The notes beneath the pieces were generated by a model, which was not told the origin of the DNA, searched no databases, and saw only the letters and a list, made by a program, of their open reading frames with translations. A program made the translations under genes and the position numbers. A DNA stretch of 62,326 nt, the filler included. It is 9 parts of 9 records of this genome, joined end to end, with 100 filler letters (N's around TTAATTAATTAA, not from the genome) between each part and the next. Parts side by side here need not be neighbours in the genome. Positions count along the whole stretch, not along the records: positions 21,166 to 28,994 come from SRR7504441_41; positions 29,095 to 37,104 come from SRR7504441_50; 7 more parts are not named here. The stretch is one strand, 5' to 3'. Of the stretch, positions 23,755 to 34,677 are shown piece after piece (position 1 is the stretch's first letter; each line of letters opens with the position of its first letter).

Positions 23755-25263
23755 ATGGACAACCCATTCAACAACGGCTCGTTCGGGGAGCCGAACAACG
23801 TGTTCGGGTCCGACGGCGGCTTTGGTGGTCCGGTCGAGCCAGCTTTTGGCGAGCCGGGCCCCGTCGCCTTCGGTGGGAGCCTGGATGCGCCGCCACCTTT
23901 CGGCGCCGACCCGGCACCGCCTTTACCCGGCAACGCGTTTGGGTCAGCGCCGGCGTTCCCGGTCAATGAGCCAGCCCCAGAGATAACAACCGCCCCCGGG
24001 CTCACGGGGCTGGCCGGGGCGCTCGAGGCGCAGGCCACGCTAGGCACAGTGACCCGAGCCTGCGTAGGGAGCAGCGCGGACCAGAGCGGCAAGTCCAGCG
24101 GCCCGACGCTGACAGTGACGGTGAGCGACCCGGTGGAGCAGAAGAGCGCCTTCTCATCGCACATCACGTACAAGATCAATGTCAAGACCTCGCTGCCGCA
24201 GTACCAATGGCAGGAGTTCGCCCAGATCCACCGGTACAGCGACTTCGAATGGCTGCACACCCAGCTCAAGGAGACCCACCCCGGCTGCGTGATCCCCCCG
24301 ATCCCGCCCAAGCAGTCCAGTGGCAACAAAAGCCCCGAGTTTGTCGCTGCGCGCAGGTGGGGCCTCGAGACTTTCCTGAAGCATTGCGCGGCCCAGCCTG
24401 AGCTCAAGCTATCTCGCGTGCTCCAACTGTTCCTCGAAAGCTCGTCGGACACCATGTCGCAGACTAAGAAGGCCTGGGAGTCGGAAAAGGCCGCGAACCC
24501 TTCCATTCAGATGGCCAAGACCTTCTTCCGGAGCTTAGATCCAACGTTTCACGACCCCGAGCTTGAGAATAAGAAGGCCGCAGTAGGTGTCGATCTGGCC
24601 AACCTGACACGCCTGACTGGCAACACCTCGGCGCTTGATCCAGCACAGCGCAGCGTGGCCTCTGCTCTGGGCTCTGTCGGTGACTGGCCACTGCTGTTTA
24701 ATAACCTGACGTGTGTGACGGCAGGGGTGGCTTGTCAACGGCACAGCGAGACCCAGTCTGGCAAGATGGGCCGGGCCTATGGACACGCGGCGGAGCACTA
24801 CTTTCGAGTGGGCAACGCGCACGGCGAGTTTGCGCAGGCGGAGCGCGAAGCGCTGCACATGCCACTGGAGTACCAGCAGGGGCTGTACAACGCGTGTCTG
24901 GATGTGTTTGAGAACAGGAAGGCTTGCGCGATGGCGCTGCAGGGGATGGCGGCCGATAGTCACAAAGCGGGCGCCGACTATGGAAGATATAAAGACGACC
25001 CCTCAAAGCAAGGGAAGGCCCAGAAGGCCCAGCAGTTCCTGCAAGAATGCCAAAACAAACTGACTATCCAGCAGGATGAGTACAGCAAGTTGATTGGCAG
25101 GCTGCCCGAGGAGGTCCGGCGGTTCGAGGGGGAGCAATCCGGGGAGGCGCTGGCTGCGCTCATCCAAGTGGCGAGAGTCACCAAGATGCATCACGAGAGA
25201 TTGCACATCGAATGGAGCAACTACCTCGCCAAGCTCGAAGGCGAACTCGCGAGCTCGGTCTGA
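23755..25263 (+). CDS. Sorting nexin (PX + BAR/Vps5)
   Basis: PX motif HRYSDFEWLHTQLKETHPGCVIPPIPPK..RRWGLETFL followed by a helical BAR-like region; one 45-nt in-frame intron. Confidence 0.88.
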   Translation: MDNPFNNGSFGEPNNVFGSDGGFGGPVEPAFGEPGPVAFGGSLDAPPPFGADPAPPLPGNAFGSAPAFPVNEPAPEITTAPGLTGLAGALEAQATLGTVTRACVGSSADQSGKSSGPTLTVTVSDPVEQKSAFSSHITYKINVKTSLPQYQWQEFAQIHRYSDFEWLHTQLKETHPGCVIPPIPPKQSSGNKSPEFVAARRWGLETFLKHCAAQPELKLSRVLQLFLESSSDTMSQTKKAWESEKAANPSIQMAKTFFRSLDPTFHDPELENKKAAVGVDLANLTRLTGNTSALDPAQRSVASALGSVGDWPLLFNNLTCVTAGVACQRHSETQSGKMGRAYGHAAEHYFRVGNAHGEFAQAEREALHMPLEYQQGLYNACLDVFENRKACAMALQGMAADSHKAGADYGRYKDDPSKQGKAQKAQQFLQECQNKLTIQQDEYSKLIGRLPEEVRRFEGEQSGEALAALIQVARVTKMHHERLHIEWSNYLAKLEGELASSV

Positions 25264-25342
25264 GGCCAGGCATACGGCCTCCGCCGCTACGCGCGCCTAG
25301 CATAGCACTAGCGCTAGCAACCGTTGAGTAAATGACGATTTA

Positions 25343-26027
25343 TCACTGATGACCTTGGGCGGCGGGAGGGTCCGTCGCGCCAGCAGGGTCTGGTGAGATC
25401 ATCTTGTGTGCATATGCCTTCCTCAGCGTGTTATCCATCAGCAGCTCCACTCCAGTATCAATCGGATGGATGATGAGCGGGATCATCGCGAGCCCGACCA
25501 GCGTGGGCACCGACTTAGTCACCGCCGGCCCCATCCCGCCTGCGCGGCCTCAGCGCCGTAACCCTCTATAGGGCAGGCTACCTCCTGTGACTGCGCTCTT
25601 GGTCAGACCGACTACCTTGTGAATCACCCAGCCCGGGATGGCCACGCTCGCCTGCAGCCAGCTAACCGCTGCCAGCACGGCGACCACACCAGCGTCTGCC
25701 ATATGAAACAGTCTGCAGCGGCAATCATGCTCGCGCTGGAGGCCAAATCAGCCGCTGGGCTGCCCCTCTCGGCTCGCTGGGCCTTATCGTAGGCGTCGGC
25801 CGAAACGTAGGCCATCGAGGCCGCGTATGTGCTCAGGACAAACGCCCGGCTCGTGAGTGGCCTGAAGGCCTCACCTACCTATTCGCACATGCTCACTGGC
25901 GGCCCGGTAGGGCTGCTGCCTCGTTGCAGTAGCCCATGTACCGCAGCTTGCTCTCCCGGTAGATGTCCACCGGGCTGTCGGCCGGATAGCCCAGCGCCTG
26001 CTTCAGCCGTCCTGTCATCAGATCCAT
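25343..26027 (-). CDS. MTFP1: Mitochondrial fission process protein 1 (MTP18), 3 introns
   Basis: Spliced DIYRESKLRYMGYCNE|VGEAFRP...IWQTL|ASVAIPG...PTLVGLAMIPLIIHPID; first intron is GC-AG 25879-25919. Confidence 0.9.
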
Positions 26028-26054
26028 GCCCGAGTAACGGAATCAGGACGCCAG

Positions 26055-27059
26055 ATGCTCCCCAGGCTGGAGCGGGCGGTCGGCCAGCTGCAGCGGCAGG
26101 GCTACGCCGTGATCGACGGGGCGCTCGGCCGGTCCGAGTGCGGGCGCGCCCGGCAGGAGCTGCTCCAGGCCGGGCGGCACATGCGGCCGAACCACACGCA
26201 CCTGGTGCGGACCTCCGGGCAGGCCGAGGCAGTGCCCAAGCGCCGGGTGCTGGAGCTAGACCTGGCCGTCCAGCCCGAGGCCGCTTCGCTGCTCCCGCTG
26301 CTCGCCGGGACACTCCGGTCAGATCTGGCTGGCTTGCTACAGACCGTACTCGCGGCTCACCAGCCGCAGCTCGGGGTTGCGCGTCGGCTCGACGCGGCCC
26401 CACTCAAGCTGCAGCTCAACACGGGTGGGTGCTTCCCCGTGCACACGGATGGGGAGCTCTCGCTGGCAGACACTCGGGTGGTGACTGCTATCCTGTACCT
26501 GAACCCCGGCTGGTCAGCAGAGCACGGGGGGCAGCTGCGATGCTACCCACTGCTCGGCCCGCCCGTCGACATTGAGCCGGTGCAGGGCCGACTGGTGCTC
26601 TTCTCGAGCCCGCTGATGCCGCACCGGGTGCTGACATCCAGCGCACCGCATGACTCGCCGCGCTGCTGTGCCACATTCTGGATCCACAGCACCCAGACAA
26701 ATCAACTCAGAGCCTCGGCTGTGGCAAAGCCGACCAGACCCAGCAGTACGGACCCGATTCAGGTAGCGTTACACATGTTGGCGCCAGCAATGCGGGCATT
26801 CACTGCCAAGATCACCTTGGCGGAGGAGTGGGCTCAGTCGTTGCGTGAGAGCCACGCCAAGCAAGAGGCAGACCTCTTGGTGGAGGACCACTGGAGGAAC
26901 GTCGACGTCTTGACCAACACTTTGAAGGACTCCCTGGCTCCACTGCATGAAGGCCTGGAGATGCTGCGAGTAGATCCTACAGTTAGTGAGGAAACAGATA
27001 CGAATAGTCAGTTCGAGACGTCGATTAGGACAGAACATCAAATCGAGTGGCTTTTATAG
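26055..27059 (+). CDS. 2OG-Fe(II) oxygenase (prolyl-hydroxylase-like)
   Basis: FPVHTD, RVVTAILYLNPGW..GGQLR, GRLVLFSS..MPHRVL. Confidence 0.85.
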   Translation: MLPRLERAVGQLQRQGYAVIDGALGRSECGRARQELLQAGRHMRPNHTHLVRTSGQAEAVPKRRVLELDLAVQPEAASLLPLLAGTLRSDLAGLLQTVLAAHQPQLGVARRLDAAPLKLQLNTGGCFPVHTDGELSLADTRVVTAILYLNPGWSAEHGGQLRCYPLLGPPVDIEPVQGRLVLFSSPLMPHRVLTSSAPHDSPRCCATFWIHSTQTNQLRASAVAKPTRPSSTDPIQVALHMLAPAMRAFTAKITLAEEWAQSLRESHAKQEADLLVEDHWRNVDVLTNTLKDSLAPLHEGLEMLRVDPTVSEETDTNSQFETSIRTEHQIEWLL

Positions 27060-27177
27060 TGGATGCAGTAACGATAATAATTAGATAATAATGATGAAAT
27101 CGGATACATCCTAGATGCAACCTGTATCTCTCTCAGATCTAGGTATTCATACTGATTAGCCACGGCAATTAAGAATG

Positions 27178-28994
27178 TCATAGGTCGATACCCACGTCAT
27201 TGTCGCCCTCTTCTCCAGCTACCGGGCTTAGGGAGCCTTCCGTGAACAAATGTTTCAATTCTTCAAGTTGACTTCGGTCGTTGGCGGTTGCAGCCTCTGC
27301 TTCGGCCAGTTGCCTCTCTAATATTCTGAGCTGCTCCTCCCTGTCTTGCTCTAGCTGCTCATTTCTCTCTAATGCAGTTATTCGCTCTTCGTTTAGAGCC
27401 AGTGTCCCCTTGAGCCGGGCGAGCTCCTCGTCCTTGGAATTCAATAACTGCTCCATCCCACGCAGCTGCTCCACAACCTCGAGTCCCTGCAGCACTCCGC
27501 CTCAACTAGGCTTCCACCAGCGCCGAACCTTCTTGCCGGCCGCTTCTTTCTGCAATCGCTCCCTCTCGACGTCCTGTTCGAGCACGCGGATCCGCTCAGT
27601 CGCTTGCTGCTGATTCCCATCCGTATCCGTATTCCGCGTCTCTTTTACATTGCCCGACCGCTTAGCCTCCTGCTCGAGCTGACGGACTTGTTTGCGCGAC
27701 TCCTCCTGACAAGCCTCTGTCCAAATGAGTGCTAGACTATTGCGCTACCTGCTGCAGCATACTCTCTTGCAGCATCTCTGTCGTGCTCTTGTTCTCAGCC
27801 TGCGCCTTGGCGAGCTGCGCCTCTAACTGCCTCAGCTGCCCTGACTTGTTAGCCTCCAGCTCCTCTAGCTCAGTAATTCTGCGCACCATCGTCTCCTCCT
27901 GCGGACATAGCCTCAGTCTCTCAGAGGGACCTCACGCTGATGCCTTGGATTCGAGCTCAGCCTTGCTTACTTGCTCTCTTGCCAGAGCACCCTCCACTTC
28001 CTTTACATGCCGCGCTTTCGAAGCCAGCGCGGCCTCTAGCTCCTGCACTCTGTGGTTCTGCTGCTCGTCCTCTGGGCCCTGCACCACCATAAACAGAAGC
28101 CCCCACCAGGCACGCACTGTGGCTCCACTCCCCGTTGCAGCGCGCTCATGTTCCAGCTCGCGCTGCAAAAGCTCGCTGATTTGCTGCTGCTTGCCTCTCA
28201 GCTCTGCGCTCAGTGCCTGCTGCTGCTGCTCCAGCGTGCTGATCCTGTCTACCGCAGCATGCTCCTGCGGCCCAGTGATGGCATGGCTTCTCTAGCTGCC
28301 ACCTGTAACTGGACAGCCTGCTGCTTGGCCTCACTGTTGGCTACACTCTGCTCCTTTTCACTCAGCCTAGTCTGCAATTCCGCCTGCCCCGGAGGCTCGC
28401 CCAGCTCAGCCAGCACCGTACCACTGTCAGTTGCAGCGAGTCCCGCTTCATCTGCTCCTCGACCGCCTGACCGGTTGGCTCGGCCAGACCAGGGCCGAGC
28501 ACACCTGCCGCTGCCACTGGGTAACCTCGATCCTGAGCTTATCATTCGCCTCCTTGGCCTGCTTCTTGCCCTCGTGCCACTGCTGCTTTTCCTCCTCTGC
28601 AGTCTGCTGCGTCTCTATCCGGCTGTTCTCGGCCTTCTCTACCATTGTCGACCAGGTGTGCTGTGCATCCTGTGTCGCCCGCGCCACCTCCTTGGCCATT
28701 TCTTCACGCATTAGCACCAGCTCGTCGCTGTGCTGTGCCCTGGCAGACAACAGCTCCTCGTTGGCCTCACTCAGCTCGATGCTCCGCTTATCCAGCGCCT
28801 CGGCCAGCTCCTGCTGCCGTGCGCCCCTGCTGTTCCTGTCTGCCCGCTCCCGCTCCAGCTCGTGCTCCAGCTCACCACACCGAGCCTCAACAGTGCCCAC
28901 GATCGCCAACGAGGTCGCGCGCGCCTGCTCCAACTCGTGCTCCACCGCTCCCACCGCCTGCTCGAGCTCCTGCTCCAGCTGGCTGCAGCGGGCC
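27178..28994 (-). CDS. Coiled-coil protein, 5'-truncated, about 7 short introns
   Basis: E/Q/L heptad-rich exons joined by 38-45 nt introns, including GC-AG 27899-27943. Confidence 0.7.
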
Positions 28995-29336
28995 NNNNNN
29001 NNNNNNNNNNNNNNNNNNNNNNNNNNNNNNNNNNNNNNTTAATTAATTAANNNNNNNNNNNNNNNNNNNNNNNNNNNNNNNNNNNNNNNNNNNNATAAGT
29101 AACGCGAGCTCCTACAGGTTTGACTGATATGCATGCAGAATCCGTAACGTGCGTACATATAATTATAGCGCGTACATGTCAGTCGATTGGGCTGACTTGG
29201 GCACTGAGCACTGAGGCGAGCCAATTTTAATCGGTCTATTGCAATCAAGCGTCGGGCCAAATGCATGCAGCCGCCCTCGTAACTATCAGCCGCCCTCACT
29301 AAAGGTAGGCGGCCTCTGTTGCCGTCAGCGCCGATC

Positions 29337-30365
29337 TCACATTGGTGGCGGAGCCCCTGCACAGCCAACCCATCAGTCGCTGACTGCTGCCGCTGCTTAC
29401 CCATAGGAGGAGGGGGCTGAAACGGCGGCGGCGGGGCGCCGCCCTGGAACGGCGGTGGTGCCATCATCGGCGGCGGGGGCATCATTGGGGGCGGAGCGCC
29501 CATCGGTGGCGGCGGTCTCATCGGTGGCGGAGCAGGTGGCATCATGGAGCCAGGCTGCATCGGGGGAGGAGGGGCGCCACCCGTTGGAGCTGCAGCAAAG
29601 AACATATTCGGGCGGGCCTGGGCCTTCATGTTGGACGGCGTATTCATCGCGAGCAACCGTTCGGCGGCACTGCCGTGCCGATCTGCTTTGGTGTCTTTCT
29701 TAATCGCGTAGCTGACAGTGATCGAACGGTTGCACAGGTACTGTCCATTCATCGACTCGAGTGCCGCGTCCGCAGCGCCGAAGTCGTCGAAAGAGGCGAA
29801 CCCGAACCCGCGCGAGGCGCCGGTGTCTGGATCTCTCATGATCTGCCTCAGCTCAGCAGGCCGGCCAGTCGAGGTGCTTACCCTAGTCGAGATCACCACG
29901 CCGAACGCTGAGAAAGTGTCGTACAGCAGCTTCTCATCGACGTCCGGGTCCAGGTTCCCGATGAACAGGTTGGCCCCGACATCCAAAGTCTTCTTGTCTC
30001 GGGAGGCCTTGTTTACCCGGATTGGTTTGCCGTACATTTTGATCATATTCATAATTTTGATGGCGTAGTCGGCGTCCTCCTCCTCGCGGAACTCGACAAA
30101 TCCAAATCTGTCGCCCACCCGGGCCTCAGGCCAGCCGCACCACCCTGGGGGCACCCCATGTGCGTCATGGTGAGCTTGTCCTTGGGGATGAACACATTCA
30201 CCACCGGGCCGGCCTGCAGGAAGAGCTCCCAGAGCAGGGCTTCGTCCACCTGCCGCCGAGTGACCAGCCGCCCGGCCGCGCGGCTGGCCGCACGTTGGCT
30301 TCGAGGTCGCCGACGTAGCACGTGGCCTCCTGGTTCCGCTCGTGCTGCGGCGGGGGCGGGGCCAT
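29337..30365 (-). CDS. SF3B4: Splicing factor 3B subunit 4 (2 RRMs + Pro-rich tail), 4 introns
   Basis: [83 protein letters not shown]. Confidence 0.95.
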
Positions 30366-31012
30366 GCTGCGCGCTGAGTTGGGGCTCGAAGCCGGGCAGG
30401 CTCAGTGGGAGCGCGGCGGCACGACGAGTGTCAGCGCAGCACTGCGAGCCCCCGAAAACAGAGAGCCGACAGCCGCCGGTACGAAGCGCAGGTGCTCGGC
30501 GTGTGTCTGCCGGTGCGCGCTCGGCCAGGTGCGACAGCAACGTACTCGACTGTGGAGGGTATTTGTCAGGCAGCGTCAGTTGCTCAGCCAACCTCCGTCC
30601 CGACTTACCTGAGTGTTGTCGTAGTGTCGTCGGCGCTCCGAAACGACTTCTGCGGACTGGTTCGAACTAGATTGCTCATGTCGACCGCCACCCCCCTCGG
30701 GAGCGGCAACTTGTTCACCTTGTGCTAACAATGGCCGACTGAATGGCTAGCACTGATGCGGCGCAAGTCGATAATACGTAGGTCTTCAGCGGCGCGGCCC
30801 TATAGTATTTTACTCGATGCCGTCGATGCGGGCAAAATTCCCGCAGATTGATCATGAGACTGACGTCACTGGCACCTCGTTCTCCGTGTTCGCCGTGTTT
30901 GGGCTCGCTCCCGACCGTCGAAGGGCCGGTAACCTGAGCAAAAAATCCGCAACCAGGAAAAAATTTGCCGACCCCCCCCTTCAGTGATCTCAAGTCATCT
31001 GAGAGGAAGGCT

Positions 31013-32795
31013 ATGGCGGCCTCGTGGTGGATGCGGGGCGCCACGGTGGTGCTTTTGGCCGTCGCGCTCGCCGAGCTCGAAGAGTTGTCGTTGGTCGAGC
31101 AGATCCGCGACAGCGCCTCCGAGTCACTGGGTGAGCCGCCTCTCCTCGACTATCGACGCCCACCGCCCAGCCCGGAGCCCGCCGCGGCAGCTGACGCCAC
31201 GGGGCAGGTGAAGGGTTCAAGGGGTACAGCGAGACGCCGGACTTCTCCATCCGGGACGGCGCTACCAACCATCCCAGTGCCCAGTCGGCCACGGCGTGCA
31301 AGGAACAGTGCGGTAAGCCCTCTCAGCACCATGCCTGTGCACTGTGCAAAGGCCAAAAACGAGACGGTGACGGTACAGAAGAAAGCGAATGAAGACATCG
31401 ACGCTGAGCTCAAGAAGGTTACTGATGACAAAGCCAAAGCAAAGGCAGAGCAGGCTAAGCAGGTCGCTGCATTTAAGGAGAACGCAGACAAATCGGTTGC
31501 GGAAGAAAAAGAAAGTATGAAAGCACAGGCCGACGCCGACACAAAGCAAAAGGAGAGCGATGCAAAAAATGGGTTTGCCGCCCAAGCACTGAAGGAGCAA
31601 GAGCAGGCCGCAGAAAAGAAGCTTGATGCTGAAACAGCGCGTACCGAGCGAGAAATGCAGGAAAAGAAAGCTGATGCCGAGAAGGCAGCCAAGGATGCTA
31701 TTGCGTTGGGCAAGGCGAAAGCCGAGATTGCTGCAAGAGAAGTTACCATCGAGGCTGAAACAAAAGCGGCAGAGGCTGAGGAGGAGAAAGCGAAGGAGTC
31801 TAAAGCTAACGCCGATAAGCTCAAGGAGAAAGCCGAGGAGGTTAAGGAAGAGGATGCAAAGAAGACTGCGAAGAAGGAGGAAGCTATTAAGGAGAAGGGC
31901 GAAACTGCAAGGGAGGTTATAGAGAAGAAGGCCGAAGAGGAAAAGAAGAGGGCCCAGAAGAAGATAGAAGAGGTCAAGAATAGGCTCGAAAAGACCTTCA
32001 AAAAGGAGCAGGCTGATGAGCTCAAGGCCAAGCAGACGGGCGACAAAGAAAAAGGTCAGAAGGCTGCTGAACGCGTCAGGGAAGCAGTGACTGAGAAAAA
32101 GGCAGCTAAGGAGGCACTCTTGAGGAAGAAGACCGAGGCACAGTTGGAGCAGGAGCTAAAGCAGCGTCAGGCAAATGAGCAAGCCAAGAAGAAAGAGCGA
32201 CAGGAGACAGAAGAATTGTACGTCAAGCAAGGTCTGGTGCCTGTGGAGGTGAAGGCAAGCGTAAACTGCCGGAGATGCAAGCCAAGGAAGGTGAGCTGCG
32301 AGTCCGAAATAGCCCTAATTGGGAAGACGACAGCTTCTTGAAGTTCCCCTGCAATCATTTGAAGGAGGCTGACAGCATTGTAGAGGGTGGAGCATCCCTG
32401 ATGCTCTACAAATTTGACAAGAGCACTGCAAGTCCAGTGGCAGTCCATGCGGCGTCCTGGAGAAGCAGGTTGCTGCCTATGCACAGAATGAGAAAGATGC
32501 CGCAAAAATAAAAGCAGAGAGAGAAAGGATGAAGGCTGAAATTGAAAAACAGTCTGCTACACAGCTGCAAAATGCTCTCACCGCTAAAAAAGAAACAATT
32601 CAGAGGAGATGCGATGATGCCAAGCAAGACCGAGAGGCGAAGTTTGGCAACTTGAGCGACAATCAAGCTTCTAAAGTTCGGCAGCAGGTGAACGCAGCTT
32701 TGCCGCAGGTCATGGCTAATTTTGAAAAGGCGGCTGCTGTTGAACCACAAGAGTCATATTTAGATTTGGTTGAGCTACTAGATATTGGTGTTTGA
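31013..32795 (+). CDS. Secreted PAN/apple-like plus long K/E/A coiled-coil protein; apparently scrambled (see findings)
   Basis: Signal peptide; intron 31131-31207 leads to GYSETPDFSIRD..SATACKEQC; the rest of the PAN-like motif lies downstream of the coiled coil. Confidence 0.65.
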
Positions 32796-33042
32796 ACATG
32801 GTGGGAGACCGCAAGTAATTAGTTGCGGGAACAAACCGAGTTTTAGCCAATTATAATAAAACACGAAATATAAAAAAACACGTTGTAGTAGCATAGAGGA
32901 GACGCAGGACTCTGGTGCTCGGTATCTTTGCGACTTTGGGTAGTCGTACTTGCGCATAAATTCATGAGTGAATCATCATGCCACCTTGGCATGCCATATT
33001 AATTAAATCTAACAAATACTAGAGGCGGTGAAGCCTCGTGCA

Positions 33043-34624
33043 TCATGCATATGGTGCAGATGGCCTGGCCACTGATACGAATTCGCCTCCATCCAAATGG
33101 TTGGTGTAGGCTACTGACCATGCATTATCACTTATCAGCAATCCAGTAACCTGAAACATCACACTCAGCTCACTCGAGACCAAGCAAGCATTGTGCCTTG
33201 GAGAACGTGAAATGCGTGTGCGAGTCCATGCGTGTATCCAGCATCTTAGCTCCTGCACCGGATTCATTGGCCTGCCTAAGGCAATGCACAGGACCTCGAC
33301 AGTCTGAGAAGTCGAAACGTGCACCGGTCAGATCAGCACCCTCGAAATTGCTTTCAGACTGCAGCAAACAGACGGGACGCGGTCAGAGCAGACAGGCTTG
33401 TGGGCCGAGTGGCTACCAGATCAGCGTTTGTGAAGTTTGCACCACTGAGCACGCAGCCTTGGACCATCGACTTGGGCAGCTTGAGCCACGAACAGTCGAC
33501 TGGTCCCAGGATAGCGCCTGAGCCGAGCCTGAGCCAGGGGCACCACCCAAGCCGCGCACCAATAAGCCACCCCTCGGCAAAAGCTTTCTCGATATCCAGT
33601 ACGCAGCTATCCGGCCGATTAGACCATTCAATAAGGCAGCTCACCCAGTCAGATCCGCTCCATTCAGCCGAGCACCCGACAGGTCGGCCCCAGCCAGGAT
33701 GCAGCCACGCAGGTCGGCGTTCTCCAGATCGCACCCCTGCAGCTGCGCGTCGGACAAGTCCAAGCCTCGCCAATCCGCCTGCCACGCGCTCGGCCCGACC
33801 TCCAGCACGGCTCTCACCCCATGGATCTGGGCCCCTCGGAGCCAGCCAGCCCTGGCCCAACTCTCCACCTCAAAGACGGCCCCGGCCAGGTTGCAGTCCA
33901 CCACGCACGCGCCCTGGCCCGAGTGAGCGCTGGCCGGGCCGCGGTGCGACCTGCAGGCAAGCTCCCTCGAGGTTCGAGTTTGCCAAGTTGGCCCCTCGCA
34001 GATTGGCCTGGCTCAAGTCGACCCCGACCAGCTTCGAACCGGCCAGCTCCTGCCCAGCCGCTCCCCCACGTCCCGGGCCCGCGCCGCACCTTGCCGCTCC
34101 AGTCCACAGCCCCGACACTCGCCCCGACCAGCCATCCGTGCGCGCAGCACTCCTCCACGTCGATCTTGGCGTCGCTGCCCGGCAGAATCAGGACCCGGCC
34201 CGGGGGCAGGCCGCACCGCAGGTCGGTGCCCTGGAAGTCTGTCCCGGTCAGGTCGACGCCCCTCAAGTCGGCAGCCTGCAGGTTCCCGTCGTGGAGGTCC
34301 AGACCGCGCAGCGTGGCGCCCCTGCGCCGGGGGCTGAGCGGGGCCGCAGCCATGCCGGGCACCTGAGGTCCTTGTGCGTCCAGAGGACAGGCGCGTGCAC
34401 CCGCTGGGGGAAGGCGTCGGCCACCACCGGCCACTTGGCCCCAGGGCCCGCGCCCCTGTCCCAGGAGGGCGCCGGCTTGGTGGTGTAGAAGAGCGGCGGC
34501 GAGAAGTAGACCTGCTCGCCGGCTGGGCTGGGCTTAGGGAGGCTGGCCGAACCGGCGGAGGAGCGCCACCGTTCCGCAGGTCCTGGACCGGTGCCAGCCG
34601 CACTGTATTGTGGTGACCAGGCAT
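33043..34624 (-). CDS. Pentapeptide-repeat protein, about 9 introns
   Basis: A(D/N)Lxx repeats (ADLRG, ANLRG, ANLAN, ADLSG); last intron GC-AG 33151-33196. Confidence 0.85.
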
Positions 34625-34677
34625 TGCTAGCTGGTTGCTGCAAGCTGCAACGGCAGACTCACATTCTGATCGGGCAC

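Noticed and set aside
30250-30293. 10-bp hairpin inside SF3B4 intron 1 suggesting structured or introner-type introns
   Set aside because: Other introns share neither sequence nor comparable stems; high GC makes such a stem likely by chance.
30400-31010. Possible small gene or spliced 5' UTR between SF3B4 and the PAN gene
   Set aside because: There is a plausible minus-strand GTAAG..CAG intron, but no recognisable product or consistent ORF.
32446-32451. The 97-bp piece 61732-61828 fits in frame at ATGCGG in the 31-32 kb gene
   Set aside because: It requires exchange between unrelated contigs; local swaps explain both loci more simply.
32228-33196. Moving 32228-32421 into the pentapeptide gene at a shared CAAGCAAG also gives an open minus-strand frame
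   Set aside because: That frameshift is explained more simply by a 46-nt AG|GC-AG intron (33151-33196) giving FSK|VTGLL, and the block fits better as the PAN half of its own gene.
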